A stretch of DNA of 63,979 nucleotides, the filler included, from Folioceros fuciformis (lineage: Eukaryota), in NCBI GenBank assembly GCA_049999805.1. It is 9 parts of 9 records of this genome, joined end to end, with 100 filler letters (N's around TTAATTAATTAA, not from the genome) between each part and the next. Parts side by side here need not be neighbours in the genome. Positions count along the whole stretch, not along the records: positions 44,569 to 56,726 come from JBNGIO010002215.1; positions 56,827 to 59,363 come from JBNGIO010002216.1; positions 59,464 to 62,096 come from JBNGIO010002217.1; positions 62,197 to 63,979 come from JBNGIO010002221.1; 5 more parts are not named here. One strand, written 5' to 3'. The position numbers were made by a program, and so were the translations under genes. Positions 50,496 through 62,721 of the stretch are shown piece by piece. Within the stretch, counting starts at the first letter, position 1. Each line of letters opens with the position of its first letter. The notes beneath the pieces were generated by a model that saw nothing but the letters and a program-made list of their open reading frames with translations, ran no database searches and was not told the DNA's origin.

Positions 50496-53400
50496 ATGTC
50501 GAGCCTGTACGTAATGGGGTGCCATTGTTGGATGTTCCACTGGATTCTGGGGTAGCCCTTGGTTGCTGAATTTGTTGAATGGGTTCTCTTGAATTGAGCA
50601 GCACGTTCAATCGACTTTGGGAGGCGGCGATCAATGATCTTGCACACACTCTGGGAATTGACATGCCTAAGGACTTGAAGAAAGTTCCACAGGTTAGGAA
50701 AGTGGCATGACATGCACGGTAGCTTCGACGACCGGGCGGTGTCTAAATGATGTGTTTGAACTACTTGGTTGCTGGCTGCAGTCTGTGACGGAGTTCTTGC
50801 GCCTCTATGTCGCGTATCTTCTCATCTACAAGAAGCTGGAGGATTCGTATGATCAGGTACATTGAACACTACTCCCAGATGGACTTGGCAGGCAGAACCC
50901 GTGGCTGTAATGGGGGGGCGTAGTGGGAGCACCTGAGCCTCAGCCTCAGCCTCATCCTTCAGCACAGCTGTAGCACAGTGGCCTTTTTATCTGAAGGACA
51001 GCATAAAAGCCAGGTTTCAGATTCTACTGAACTTCATGAACAACTACAGCGCTGGGAAGGGCGCAGATTCTGCAACCTCAAAAGCGTTTGTACGCGAAGA
51101 AGGCGCTGCAGGCTTGCATTGGTCGCTTGTTGGAGATTAGATCGGTAATGCCTGTTGTCTTCAATATGTTGTCCGAGGTTTCTCTGTTTGGTGAAGATGC
51201 GGGCGGCTCTGAAGTCTGGTATCCTGTATCTGCAGTGGATGGTTGGCCTCAATGGCGGGAAGGATCTCATCAACTTTCGAGATATTTTGGTAAGTGGATG
51301 TCGCCTGCTGGTCCAGCTTGTTCCATGACCCTGTCAGTGTTGCGGGCCTCAAGAAGATGTGTGGGACTTGATTCTCTGCAGCTGGAACTCGGCATGGCTC
51401 CTGCAGCCTTGGATGTGCCGATCCCACGGTTTATGGTTGACGACCGCAAGGCCCTTCTGGAAACGAGAGAGCGCTTTCTGGTATCTAGCTTGTGCTCCTC
51501 CTCATAATGTGTCCGTCTCTGCCGAAGGAGATCAAGACGTGGCTGACCTTGGTGCCGGTGTAGCGCAGTTCTCCACGATGGATCAGAATGGGATGATACC
51601 AAAGCCTGTTGTGAAACCCAAGCCCGTTTTCACCATAACAGAGGAGGAGGCGATTGCCACTATCCAGGTCTGTCCTTGTCCGTCTTACTACAGGCTATCA
51701 AGGTGAATTGCGTATGTTTCAACTTCTTACGAAACTCTGTATGCAGGCAAACGAAAGAGGAAGACAAGGACGAGCTAAGGTTGTGGAACTTGCTAAGATC
51801 AAGTAAAGCACTATCCCTCCCTCTGGGCTGAGGATATCCACCATATGCTCTATGCCCTCCGTTTGACATTACCCTGTCCTGTTCGAAGCAATTTCTTTTG
51901 AGGGATTGATTTGTGCAAGGCCTGGGATTCAAAGTAGTACAGGCATAATGCAGAAGAAGAGTTGAAAGCTCAAAAAGGTGGGAAGGAATCTCTTGGCAAC
52001 GAAGCAGCTGCAACGCGAATCCAAGCTGTGTATCCATCTCATTGCAGTTGAACAAGTGGGATCCACAGATGTTTCCCTGGGTTGTTAAAAGTCTGCAAGA
52101 CCCTTGACAAAACCTCAGAGCACGTGGCATGCTGGACAGGATTAAAGTAAAAGCATCAACAGAGGATGAGCTCATCCTCTTAGGTTGCTTGTTACCTTTG
52201 CCCTGCAATTCAGGCAAGCGCCATGTGGGGACTAGTAACAAGATTTGACGTTTGCTTAAACAGGGATGAACAACTTCGCACCTGATGTCCCTCCCGATCC
52301 AAAGGAGATGCTAAAACAGTCAACGGAGAGGAGGAAAAAACTGCAGTTAACCAACAAGGCAACTTACGATAATGCAATCGTCCTCACAAGGCAGAGGCTG
52401 AAAGACCTTGAAATCCAGGAGATGCGAGAGGTGATCCAGGATAAAATCAACGCGTGGCTCAATGCTAACAGAATTGGGGAAACAGGGTTCTTCCCGTACT
52501 TACCAAAGCCAGCTCATGGAGGGAGCAAGGACATCATTGATCCTCCTTTACCTCTTGACATGCCGATGGATGATAAAAAGAAGAAAGGTGCTAAGGTGGC
52601 AGAGAATAAAACGAAGAAGACTAAAGGTCGGTGAACCAGTCCAGCGTTACTTTAACCTTGTCTAAAGGGAATTGTCGCTGCTGATGCCAAACTTCCGGCG
52701 TTCCAGGGGGTCAACTCCCACCAAAAAGGGAACTCAAGCTACCTGAAGACGATGAAGACAAACCACCTAGCTGTCCTGCTTTCTTCCCTAAGCATCTGCA
52801 GAAAGCTGTGGATCAATACGCAGAGTTATGGCACGACAGGGATGATTCTTTGAATTTCCAACAGGAACATGATGATGATCTCTTGAAGGCTGACCTACGA
52901 CCACAAATTTTTGAAGAGGTATTGAGTTAGAGCATCCTTCAAACCGACCGCCTGAAACCTCCGGACAGTTGTGTAATGCATCTTGAATCGACCATTTCCC
53001 TTCGAACAGGTTAGACTACAAGTGGATCTGGGCACAAAGGTGATTTTGGACAATCTGAAGAAAAAACTGGCCAAGGAAGCAAAAGCGGCCAAGCGCAAGT
53101 ACCGCAAGACTCTATCCAAGGAGGAAAGAACGAAGTTTGACGCTGATGAAAAGAAGAAGAAGAAGGACGCTAAGGATAAGAAGAAGAAAGAAGCTGCAGA
53201 AAAGAAAAAAGCTGCCAAAGATGGGCCAGCAGCTCCACCACCCAAAAAGAAGGCTCCCAAGCGCAAGAAGGATCTAACAGCTAATCGGTACGGTTAGTCC
53301 GAACGTGTCTTTGTTGGTTTCCGGAACACAGTAACCACGTTGGATGACACATTGCTTGGTGCTTTTCGATGCAGTTCAATTGAATCCATTTACGTGGAGC

Positions 53401-55024
53401 TTGTTAAGAATGGAATCATTCAAGAATGCCCAAAGAGATCTTTCGATGAGTACGTGGGTTGCGATCACTACATTGATGAGAGCCTGAATAAGGATCCGGG
53501 TGCCGATGTTCCACCTCCATCGACTAAAGGCCGGAAACCTGCAGCTGCAAAAAAACCGGCTGCTGAAAAGAAGCCCGAACCAGCGAAGGGGAAGGGCAAG
53601 AAGAAGAAGGCGGATCCCATAGCAGCCGCTAATGCAAAAGCAGACCTTGACAACATACGAAGAAAACTAGCTAACACAGATCCTTCCATGAAACAGGTAG
53701 ACACCGTGCTTGTTGATGTGGAACTAGCAGAAGGAGCATGACGTAATGAACAACGTGCTCTTGAGCTGATTTTGCAGGCAGTCCGGATGGTCGTGGAGTA
53801 CTGCATACTGCCCTTGTCAACGGAGATGGTGAATGAGAATGCTCCCTTCATCAAATCTGTTCTCCTGTATGGTGGTCCAGCCTGTGGGAAAACTCTCCTG
53901 GTACGAAGGTGGCCACTTGGTTGTCTATACCCATTCCTACATTCAGGGACATGATGACAGAGTATAGCAATGTGTTAACCAGACCCATGCAGCATGTCGA
54001 GCCGCTGGGGCCACATTCATCAACCTGTCGCCTACCGTTACTGATGGCAAATATCCAGGGAAGAAGGCAGGCATGATGGTTCACATGGCCTTCAAAATTG
54101 CAAGACTAATGGCACCATGTGTGGTTTACATCGAAGACATGGAGAGGGTAAGGCAGAGTCAGGAAAGCCAACATGTAACCTTCAGAATTAGGGAAGCAGT
54201 CCGTATTAAGTCGTCAGCTCTTGCAGATTTTTGTTACCGACAAGAAGAAGATGAAGGCCTATAAACTAGGTGGGCTCAAAGACAAGTGCAATAGGATAAA
54301 AAAGCACCTTACCAAGGAGCTCTCACAAATATATCCTGGCGACCGTGTCATGCTGATTGGCAATTCTTCCCGACCCCACGTAACAGCCCATCTTTCTATG
54401 TGGTTATATCAGCTAAAATAATTCGCAGGACACTGTTCCGACTCCATAATTCGCAGGACTGTTCGAGCAAGAAGAATCCAGCAAAGCTTTCTGAACTTCA
54501 GAAGATGTTCAACAAGAAGATACATGTCCCTTATCCTAATTATCAGAGCCGCATGTTGGTATGGAGGGCGATCCTGGAGAAACATGGGGCGTATCTTACA
54601 CATCACTTCAACATGTCCATGCTATCGAGACTGACAGCAGATTACAGCATGGGTGCCATGGAAACGATCGCGAAGATGGTGCTGACAGACAGACGAGTTC
54701 GAAAGGTATTGAAAATATAGACCCAAAATGCTGGACACCGTGTTTCTAGTACATGAAGCCAGCTCGTTCACGGAGTTGCAGGCTAGAAGAATTCCTCTTA
54801 AGCCACAGGAGTTGATTGCCGTACTTCACAAAGTTAATCCCATAGACCCAGACTACCATCAAAAAATTCGGGTGTGTAAGATTACTCTGAAGCACTATTC
54901 GCGCATATGCTTGCCCTTACTTTACATCAGTCACTTGACACTAAAATCTCGTGCAATGCAGGAGTGGAACAAAGTTCTTCCGCCTCCACCAGACGATAAG
55001 AAGAAGAAGGGCAAAAAGAAATAG
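50496..55024 (+). CDS. DRC11: IQ and AAA domain protein DRC11/IQCA1 (nexin-dynein regulatory complex), many exons
   Basis: MSSL|TFNRLWEAAINDL, YKKLEDSYDQ, QPQKR..LQACIGRLLEI, LDVPIPRF, QANERGRQGR, IQ motif, Lys-rich middle, RKKDLTANR|SIESIYVELV, LLYGGPACGKT, GKYPGK, HMAFKIAR. Confidence 0.92.
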
Positions 55025-55448
55025 ACAAATTACAAGGTAACCCAGTGACTACGTCTTGCGTTTGCAGCACACTTGAGCCCCAGACGATGCATCAAAACGA
55101 TGGCGATTCCGTTCCACTTCCCAGTTTGTCTGGGAGACCTACTCCCCGTTGCGCACTACACTAACTTAAACAGGTTCCTTTCACCTAGCTAGGCCCTCGG
55201 AGGCGTCTTGCAGTTACATTCAGATCTGGGATACCCTGCCAGCCTTCTTTTTCATGGATAGGGGCAAGCTGATTAATGTACATCTCAGAAAACAAGTCCG
55301 GCAGTGTGATTTTAGCACACAGTTGCAGAAGGATGTGACTCCGTGTACAATGTTCTCATCGATTCTGCTTACAAGCTACATCTGGTATAGCATGAACAGC
55401 TTTCCTCGGGTCCCTGCCATTCTGCAAAATATACCATGAAGAATTGAC

Positions 55449-56306
55449 TTACGGTCTGCTGCCTGAGGCTACATACGTATTCTGGTGTGCAGGTGCGCCG
55501 CGGTGACCAGCCCTTCGCTTCTGAAAATCGCAAAGCAATCTGTCAGACGCTAGGAAACACGTGCAAAGTCTGCATGTGCTCATCGCAGATGGCTCCAAAA
55601 TCGAGCATAACAGAAAACAACTACCCCTATGTTCAAAACTAAAAGTGCCCTACTCCACGTTACACAGGATGCTCCACGGAAATAAATTAGGTGGACCCCT
55701 CGACCTACACCAAATTTAAATGTACAACAGGCCAACACGGAAGCCAAAGCAAGGCGCACTCTAACACGAATGTCTCCCTTACCTGACCCCTCGGTTCTTG
55801 GCGTGTGAATAGCGGGGAGTGGATCATCATCGCCGGTAGAATCATGAAGCTACAATTCAAAAACACAAAAAAAAACGTCGCTTCCCTAACCGTCCAACCT
55901 GATATTCTGCACTAGAGGAGATCACAGATCGATAGGGCTGCTGGACGCACCTTACCATTGTGCCGCGAATGAAGACGTTCTGCATTCGAAAAGGCTCGCC
56001 AACCTGATCATCGCGATCGGCCGCAGCACAAGGTCAGTGTACGCTGCCTTTTGTGTGCATGTACCACAACATGTTGAGCTGAAACTGAGAAGGAAGAACG
56101 AATACGGCAGGGCTCACTATGGGTGTGCAGGTGACTCTGTCCATCTCGCAGTTCCAGTTGTTCTCGCTCCGAACAAGTAAACCCCTCATGACGTCCCCAT
56201 TCTTGAGATTTACCATGACCATATGGGCCTCGGCTTCACGAAGAAGCCTCGTCGGTATTCCCGTATCCTCGCTCTTTACTTGCGACTGCTGAAATTCAAA
56301 GCTCAT
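55449..56306 (-). CDS. Divergent SmD3-like Sm-fold protein (exons ~56306-56118, 56003-55951, 55849-55783, 55520-55449)
   Basis: GIPTRLLREAEAHMVMVNLKNGDVMRG...ENNWNCEM (Sm1), NVFIRGTMVSFMILPAMMIHSPLF (Sm2), colinear with SmD3. Confidence 0.85.
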
Positions 56307-56726
56307 TGTGATTCCTCAGACTTCCTGGGGGCTTGGTTGCTGCAAGCTTTTTCACCACAACTCAATCCAAGTGTCTCGTGCCGTTGCTATCTTCCACATC
56401 AAACGTACATTCTTCTTGTGATTCGAAGCTAGACATCCAGATTTCCAATGTACACATTATTCATGGGCAGAGAGCCGGAAAGGCAGAGGCCGGTTGCCGA
56501 ACGGGCGGGGAGACAAAGAGAAGACAACGTAATAATGTAAAATTTATATATATCATGATTGAGATGATTTTGAGATGATGTATGTATCGCAACTATATAT
56601 CTTTTAGCAATTGTAATGTATGCAGTTCTTTTCCAAGCATTTGTAGTTTTAATTGGATTTGTTCGGGAAAATGTCCACGTGCTTTCAATGGTCAACCTTG
56701 TGAATGAAACGTGAAAGGCGGTGCTC

Positions 56727-56826
56727 NNNNNNNNNNNNNNNNNNNNNNNNNNNNNNNNNNNNNNNNNNNNTTAATTAATTAANNNNNNNNNNNNNNNNNN
56801 NNNNNNNNNNNNNNNNNNNNNNNNNN
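56727..56826. other. Artificial contig-joining spacer
   Basis: N44-TTAATTAATTAA-N44. Confidence 0.98.
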
Positions 56827-59363
56827 CATCAGTAACTGGACAGTCTTCAAGTGATAATTTCACGCTAGCTGCAACTGGGGTGGTAACAGGATTGATGTCT
56901 TGTAAATTAAACTTGGTTAAAATCTGACGGATGAAATGTTCTTGGTGTAGTGTGACAGATCCAGCTGTAGGGTTGAAGAAGAACTGTATCCAAGGTGACT
57001 TTGCTTGTGCAAGATGTGAACATTGCAATCTGCAATAAGAGGCTCGAAACCTAAAGCACGAAGCTTGGTGTCTGCTCCTCCATTCCAGATCCGGGTCGAC
57101 TGTTTAAGTCCATAAAGAGACTTGATAAGCTCACACACCAGGTCTAGATCTAAAACGTAGCCCTTTGGCTGCTGCACATAGATAGTTTCATCAAGCGGTC
57201 CGTTGAGAAAAGCTAATTTAACGTCCATCTAATGGACAATGAGACGGTGCTGTACAGCAAAACATAATAATATTCTCATTGAAGTGGGCTTGACTACAAG
57301 GCTAAAGGTCTCATTATAATCAAGACCTTGCACTTGTGTGTAACCTCGAGCTACAAGCCGAGCCTTGTACCTAGCTACGGATCCATCAGGATGGAACCTA
57401 AGCTTGAAAACCCACTTGGAGGTAATAGCTTTCCATCCAGCAGACAACTTGTCTAGCTTCCATGTCTAATTATCAATCAATGATTTGTATTCGCTGTCAA
57501 TGGCTTTCTGCCATTCAGCTTGTTGAGGAGAACTAAGGGCTTCCTTGTATGACATAGGTCTGTCTTGAGGATCCATAATGGTTAGGGCAATGCGTCTAGC
57601 CGTCTCAGCAAGGCTAACACGTACATTGTCTGAAGCATTGTGCTCTGGTGCAGGACGTGTGACAAAAGAATCGCCTGGAACGTAAGGAGGATCTAACCAG
57701 GCTGAACCAGGATGATGTGTACGTGATGACCTACGCAGGGGTAATGGTTCTTGACGCTGTTGCTGAGAATCATTGACGACATGGACTGGTGTTGGTTCAT
57801 TCAGGTCAGACATGTCATCTTGTGCATTAGGAGCTACTGGGTCATCGTGAGTAGGGTCCTCTAAGGGAGGTGCTGGAAAAATTGGAGGATCGTCATCAAG
57901 TTCAGCAGTGTCTAGTTAGGGAATTGCAGTGTTTAAATCTTCAGTTTCTGTTTCCAGGGGCTCATCACTGAAAGATGAAAAATGTTGTCTTCCAGGTAAG
58001 GCTGTGAAGGTTGATCGGAGAAAAATTCAGCTGGTGTGTGTCCATAGATGGAGGCTGGAGGTAAAGGTTCATGGCTAGTGCTGGTTTGTGCGTGAGAGTT
58101 TAGAATGGAAGCTTCATTAAAACTTACACTGCGAGCTATGGATAATTGCCGAGTTATAGGATTGAAAAGCTTGTAACCTTTGACAGTGTCGGAGTAGCCA
58201 ACAAATACATGTTTTGTTGCCTTGTTGTCCATCTTGTAATGCTTATTAGCAAGAACATAGGCATATGCCACAGCACCAAAGGTTCGAAGGTGACTAATAC
58301 GTGGCTTGTGTCTAGTCCATCTTTCAAATGGGGTTGTATCATATAAGGGCTTGAGAGGCAGCGTGTTGGCGATATAATTCACCGAATCCACTGCTTCCGC
58401 CCAATAGCCCTTGGTAAGGCCAGCAAGCATGAGTGTTGCCCTTGACCACTCTTGTAGTGTGCGGTTGTATTGTTCTGCATATGGATTCTGGGGAGGATGA
58501 TAAGGCACCGTTAACTGATGAATGATGCCTTTCTGCTTGCAGAATTCTGTGAACTCGAAATTGAGATATTCTTTGGCATTGTTAGTTTGTAGACGCTTGA
58601 CAATGGAGCCTATTTGGGTCTCTGCCATTGCTACATATTCCTGAAACTTGCCAAATACTTGATGTCGACTATGAAGGAAATAGAGCTAACAATAATGACT
58701 CCACTCATCCAAGAAAGACAGAAAATACACTGCTCCACCAAAAGAATTTTTGGACATAGGTCCGCAAACATCTGAGTGTACAACTTCCAACAGAGAGGTT
58801 GCTTTGGTAGGAGAGGGGTTGTTGTATGGCTTTTGAGTTAGTTTCCCAATTTGACAGCTTTCACATAAGAGAGTGGTGTCTAGTTTAAAGGTAAGACCAT
58901 CTTTGTATAAGGCCTTTTTTTATACTACCCTATCAACATATGCTAGACTTGGATGACACAGTCTACAGTGCCAAATGAAAGTGGTACTAACATTGGGTCT
59001 AGCGTCTGCTACATAAGTTTGTAAACTCGACTTAATAGGTTTAGTTGTAATGTGCAGATGATACAGATCATGGTAGGGGAAACCATTAGCCAAAACCAGT
59101 GAAGGCTGTGAAACTGGGGAAACTACACGTGAGGCTAGAGTAAAAGTAACCTGCAGGCTGTGATCACAGGTTAGTTTATGTTTTGAAAGCAAATTTTTAG
59201 TCATGCTTGGAACATGGAGTACCCCTTTAAGAAGTATGTTGTGACCATGGTTGAGTTGGAGCCTGATTTTGCCTGTTCCTTGTATTGACAGTCCACTGTC
59301 GTCTCCCAACAGAATGAATTGGCTGGTCGTAGAAGATGTATACGAGTTGAACATATCACGGGA
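56827..59363 (-). mobile_element. Degenerate Ty1/copia pol (protease end, GAG-pre-integrase, integrase, RT)
   Basis: VLHVPSMTKNLLS, WHCRLCHPS, VHSDVCGP, PYHPPQNPYAE, FVGYS..KGY, KWVFK...YKARLVARGYTQ, MDVKLAFLNG, LIKSLYGLKQS; integrase precedes RT; internal stops. Confidence 0.95.
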
Positions 59364-59463
59364 NNNNNNNNNNNNNNNNNNNNNNNNNNNNNNNNNNNNN
59401 NNNNNNNTTAATTAATTAANNNNNNNNNNNNNNNNNNNNNNNNNNNNNNNNNNNNNNNNNNNN
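59364..59463. other. Artificial contig-joining spacer
   Basis: N44-TTAATTAATTAA-N44. Confidence 0.98.
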
Positions 59464-59916
59464 AACCTGCACCAGGAGGTTTGGAATGGACATAACTGCA
59501 GCCAGAGTGGCAGGATGCACTCCAGCATCCTTGGAGGGCAGAGAGTGAACAGCTAGGATAGGTCAACCAGCAGCGGGAGTGAGGTGGATATTTTTAGAAG
59601 GATTTGCCCAATCAGCAGCATGGAAGAAAAGCCTGAAACTAATTAGCAGCAAGGAGGGAGAGCCTGAAGATTTTGTGGCAGGGGAAGGTGGGCTAGAAGA
59701 ATAAATAGGAGGAGAGAGAGTGGCGCTAAGGTAAGCTAGGAGTGGTTGCATCTTAAAATAGTATTTAAATAAGATTTGGCAAGATGCTATCTTGACCTGG
59801 TGTCGCCTGCCATAAAGGGCACCTTTTTAAAGTTGACCGTTTTTAAAACTAGACTTTATGACAAACTGTGGCTCCCGCTCTTGGAAACTCTGTACAAAGG
59901 GGCTTGTTGGTGCCTC

Positions 59917-60630
59917 TCTGATTAGCAAATGTTTGAGACTCCTCCCGTTTGAGATCCCCTGCGCTGCCCATGGCTAGACTGGAGATTTCTGGGTGAGGCC
60001 GTGAGTGCGAGAGGATGCTAGGGAGGGTTGAGAACCTTTGCTCCACAGCTGAAAGTGAGGGGGATGAATCTGCGAGTTGCGCAGAATAGAAGGAGCACCT
60101 CCTTCCCTTATTCGTTGAACGGCCTGCTGTGTTCTGATCAGCAAATGTTTAAGACTCCTCCCGGTTGAGATCTCTTGCGCTGTCCATGGCTGGACTGGAG
60201 ATGTCTGGGTGAGGCAGTGAGTGCGAGACGCTCCTAGGGGTGGTTGAGGATTTTTTCTCCACAGCTGAAAGTGAGGGGGACGAATCTGCGAGTTGCACAG
60301 AGTGGAAGGAGCACCTCCTTCCCTTATTCCATGAATGGCAAGTTGTGCAGTAGACAATGAGGGGGATGAATCCACCGTTGCTGGAGTGGAGGGAGAGCTT
60401 CTCCTTCCCTTATTCCCTGAACCAGAGACTGTATTTTTAATTTGGAGTTGAAGCATGTGAGTGAGGAGAAGGAGAAGGCTTAGAGTGAGTGAGGAGAAGG
60501 AGGCTGAGGAGCTGGAGTGAGTTGAGAAGGAGTGAGTGAGGACTGATTTTGGTCCGTAGCTGAGGAGAGGGCGATGAATCCACCGCTGCTGTAGTGGAGG
60601 GAGTGTTTCTCCTTCCCTTAACCCTAAACC
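59917..60630. repeat. 216-bp tandem duplication plus shorter related sub-repeats in an LTR/leader-like region
   Basis: AGCAAATGTTT at 59924 and 60140 with colinear matches; GATGAATC...CTCCTTCCCTTA recurs at ~60360 and ~60570. Confidence 0.85.
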
Positions 60631-60932
60631 CTCAACCATCAGTTGTGTGCTGAATCTGGTGAGGAAGAGAGAGCTGAGAGACTGAGGAGAACTGAAGATT
60701 GCTGGAAGAGAATTGATGAAGAAAGTGCTGGGTGATTGTGCAAGTTTGCTGAAGCTGGAACGAGGTTACTAGGGAATTTATGGAGAATTCTTGGACGTTT
60801 GTGGGGAATGGTTGCAGAGTGTGGAAGCTTGTGAGGAGACGTGAGGAATTGTTGGAAGATTGCTGCAAGTTTGCTGCAAGAATCGCTGAGAAATTGTGGG
60901 AAGGGCTGCTTAGGTTGGACGAGATTGCTGGG

Positions 60933-61889
60933 TGTGGAGGCAAAACCCCGTGCACTGATTGCCAACGGGTTTCACCTTTAGTGGCCACACTTATCCCACT
61001 GTCATTGAAACATTGGGTTCCGTTTCCACGAAGGAGCGATGGGGTTCCTTGCTGTTGTGGATGGAGGGTCGGACTCAATCGACTCGATGATGGATTCGAG
61101 GGCTCCCCTCCAACTTTGATCAGGCGTAGGACATGCCTCACTGTCCAGCGGTCAGCTGCACCTCTCTCGGTGCCCACAAACTCACTCCAGTCAATACAAC
61201 GACCCTAACCTCTCAGATCTGCGACTTCCCTCACTCACTTCACTCACTCTCTCGCTCCAGCACCAACACCAGCAACTAACTATGACACGACTACCTTCTA
61301 CACTTCCCTACTGACTCCTCATACCCGGCAAGAGTCACTAGACTAACCCCAAAGAAAAGAAAGAAGGGAACACACTCCCCTCTCGGATATCCCCTCCCCA
61401 CAACCTTACCAGATGCCATGAAACATGGCCGGCCTACAGCACTTGTTGAAACAGGGAACAAGAGTGGACAGGTCAAGAGAAAGACATCCTTTACAATCAA
61501 GAGCTAGGGGCAAGCCCCTTCACCCTGGTCATTACACCTTGTGATCCTACCAGACACTGTACAACCGGCAACACGCGGCTTGCGATCCTACCAGACGTTG
61601 CACAGCCGGCAACACACTGCAGGTCCTAAACCAAGTAGGGACAGACCACAAGAGCTCATATAGAGAGTACCTCCAAGAGCTCACGAAGTGACAGACTGAC
61701 TCCCAAAGTGAATGACTACCTCCTCCTACAGGCTCACCTGATCTTATAGGAGCCTCTCTCTCTCTGACTTCACCAATCTCTAAATTGACAAATATTATTT
61801 TAATAGGACCACTAGCCTAGCCGGCTGTCACTAGCCACTTATTTAGACTTCTAGCACATCCTGCCACCAATGAGCTGGCCCTACCACCA
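60933..61889. mobile_element. Apparently complete ~957-bp LTR-like unit (TG...CA)
   Basis: Begins TGTGGAGG, ends CCTACCACCA (imperfect terminal inverted repeat); no coding capacity; homologous to 21323-21650. Confidence 0.75.
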
Positions 61890-62096
61890 TGTGGAGGCAA
61901 AACCCCGGGCACTGATTGCCGACGTGTTCCACCTTTAGTGGCCACACTTATCCCACTGTCGTTGAGACATTGGGTTTCGTTCCCACGAAGGAGCAATGGG
62001 GTTCCTTGCTGCTGTGGATGAAGGGTCGGACTTGATCGACTCGATGACGGATTCGAGGGCTCCCCTCCAGCTCCGATCAGGCGTAGGACAGGCCTC
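61890..62096. mobile_element. Second, directly adjacent copy of the same LTR-like unit (cut by contig end)
   Basis: TGTGGAGGCAAAACCCCGGGCACTGATTGCC starts immediately after the preceding CA. Confidence 0.85.
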
Positions 62097-62196
62097 NNNN
62101 NNNNNNNNNNNNNNNNNNNNNNNNNNNNNNNNNNNNNNNNTTAATTAATTAANNNNNNNNNNNNNNNNNNNNNNNNNNNNNNNNNNNNNNNNNNNN
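62097..62196. other. Artificial contig-joining spacer
   Basis: N44-TTAATTAATTAA-N44. Confidence 0.98.
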
Positions 62197-62721
62197 ATAG
62201 CTGAAGAACCAACCCTGGAAACGAAGGAGGAAGCAGTAGGGGCGCCTGCCCCTAGGCGCTCTAGGAGGGTGACCCGTACCAGGAGGATAGAGCCGGAGGA
62301 GGCAACAGCTGGGCAAACAGAGAACCTTCAGGTACCCCAGCAGGAGGGGGAGCAGGCAACCCGAGGTAGCCCAAGGGAGGACGGGGTAAGCACCTCTGTT
62401 ATGACAGAAGGTCGGATTGTGCTGCAATATGAGGAGGAGGCCTCCTATGTGCTAGGCCTGTATGTAGAAGGGGCTAGGGTTCTGAAGCTGTTTCTGTATG
62501 TACGTATGGGCACAGGAGGGACGCGGGGCTACGTCCTACAGTTGAGGACACGCTTGGGACTCTACCACTACAGCTGGTGGGTGATAGGACTGCCCCACTG
62601 CTATGCGGAGGCAGTTTTGGAGGAACTGACGGAAGAGGAGGCCCAACGCTGGGTAGAACGGGGGCCTGTGGCTATCCTCAGCAACCAGAGAAGGAGGAGG
62701 AGGAGGAGTGGTGGACCATAG
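62197..62721 (+). CDS. Hypothetical intronless ORF fragment, probably transposon-borne
   Basis: Open frame from near the contig edge to a stop at 62721; Glu/Arg-rich flanks around a hydrophobic core; no family recognised. Confidence 0.3.
   Translation: MAEEPTLETKEEAVGAPAPRRSRRVTRTRRIEPEEATAGQTENLQVPQQEGEQATRGSPREDGVSTSVMTEGRIVLQYEEEASYVLGLYVEGARVLKLFLYVRMGTGGTRGYVLQLRTRLGLYHYSWWVIGLPHCYAEAVLEELTEEEAQRWVERGPVAILSNQRRRRRRSGGP

Noticed and set aside
6709..55024. A flagellar gene cluster (orphan ORF, EVG1, DRC11)
   Set aside because: The three genes lie on different contigs separated by artificial spacers
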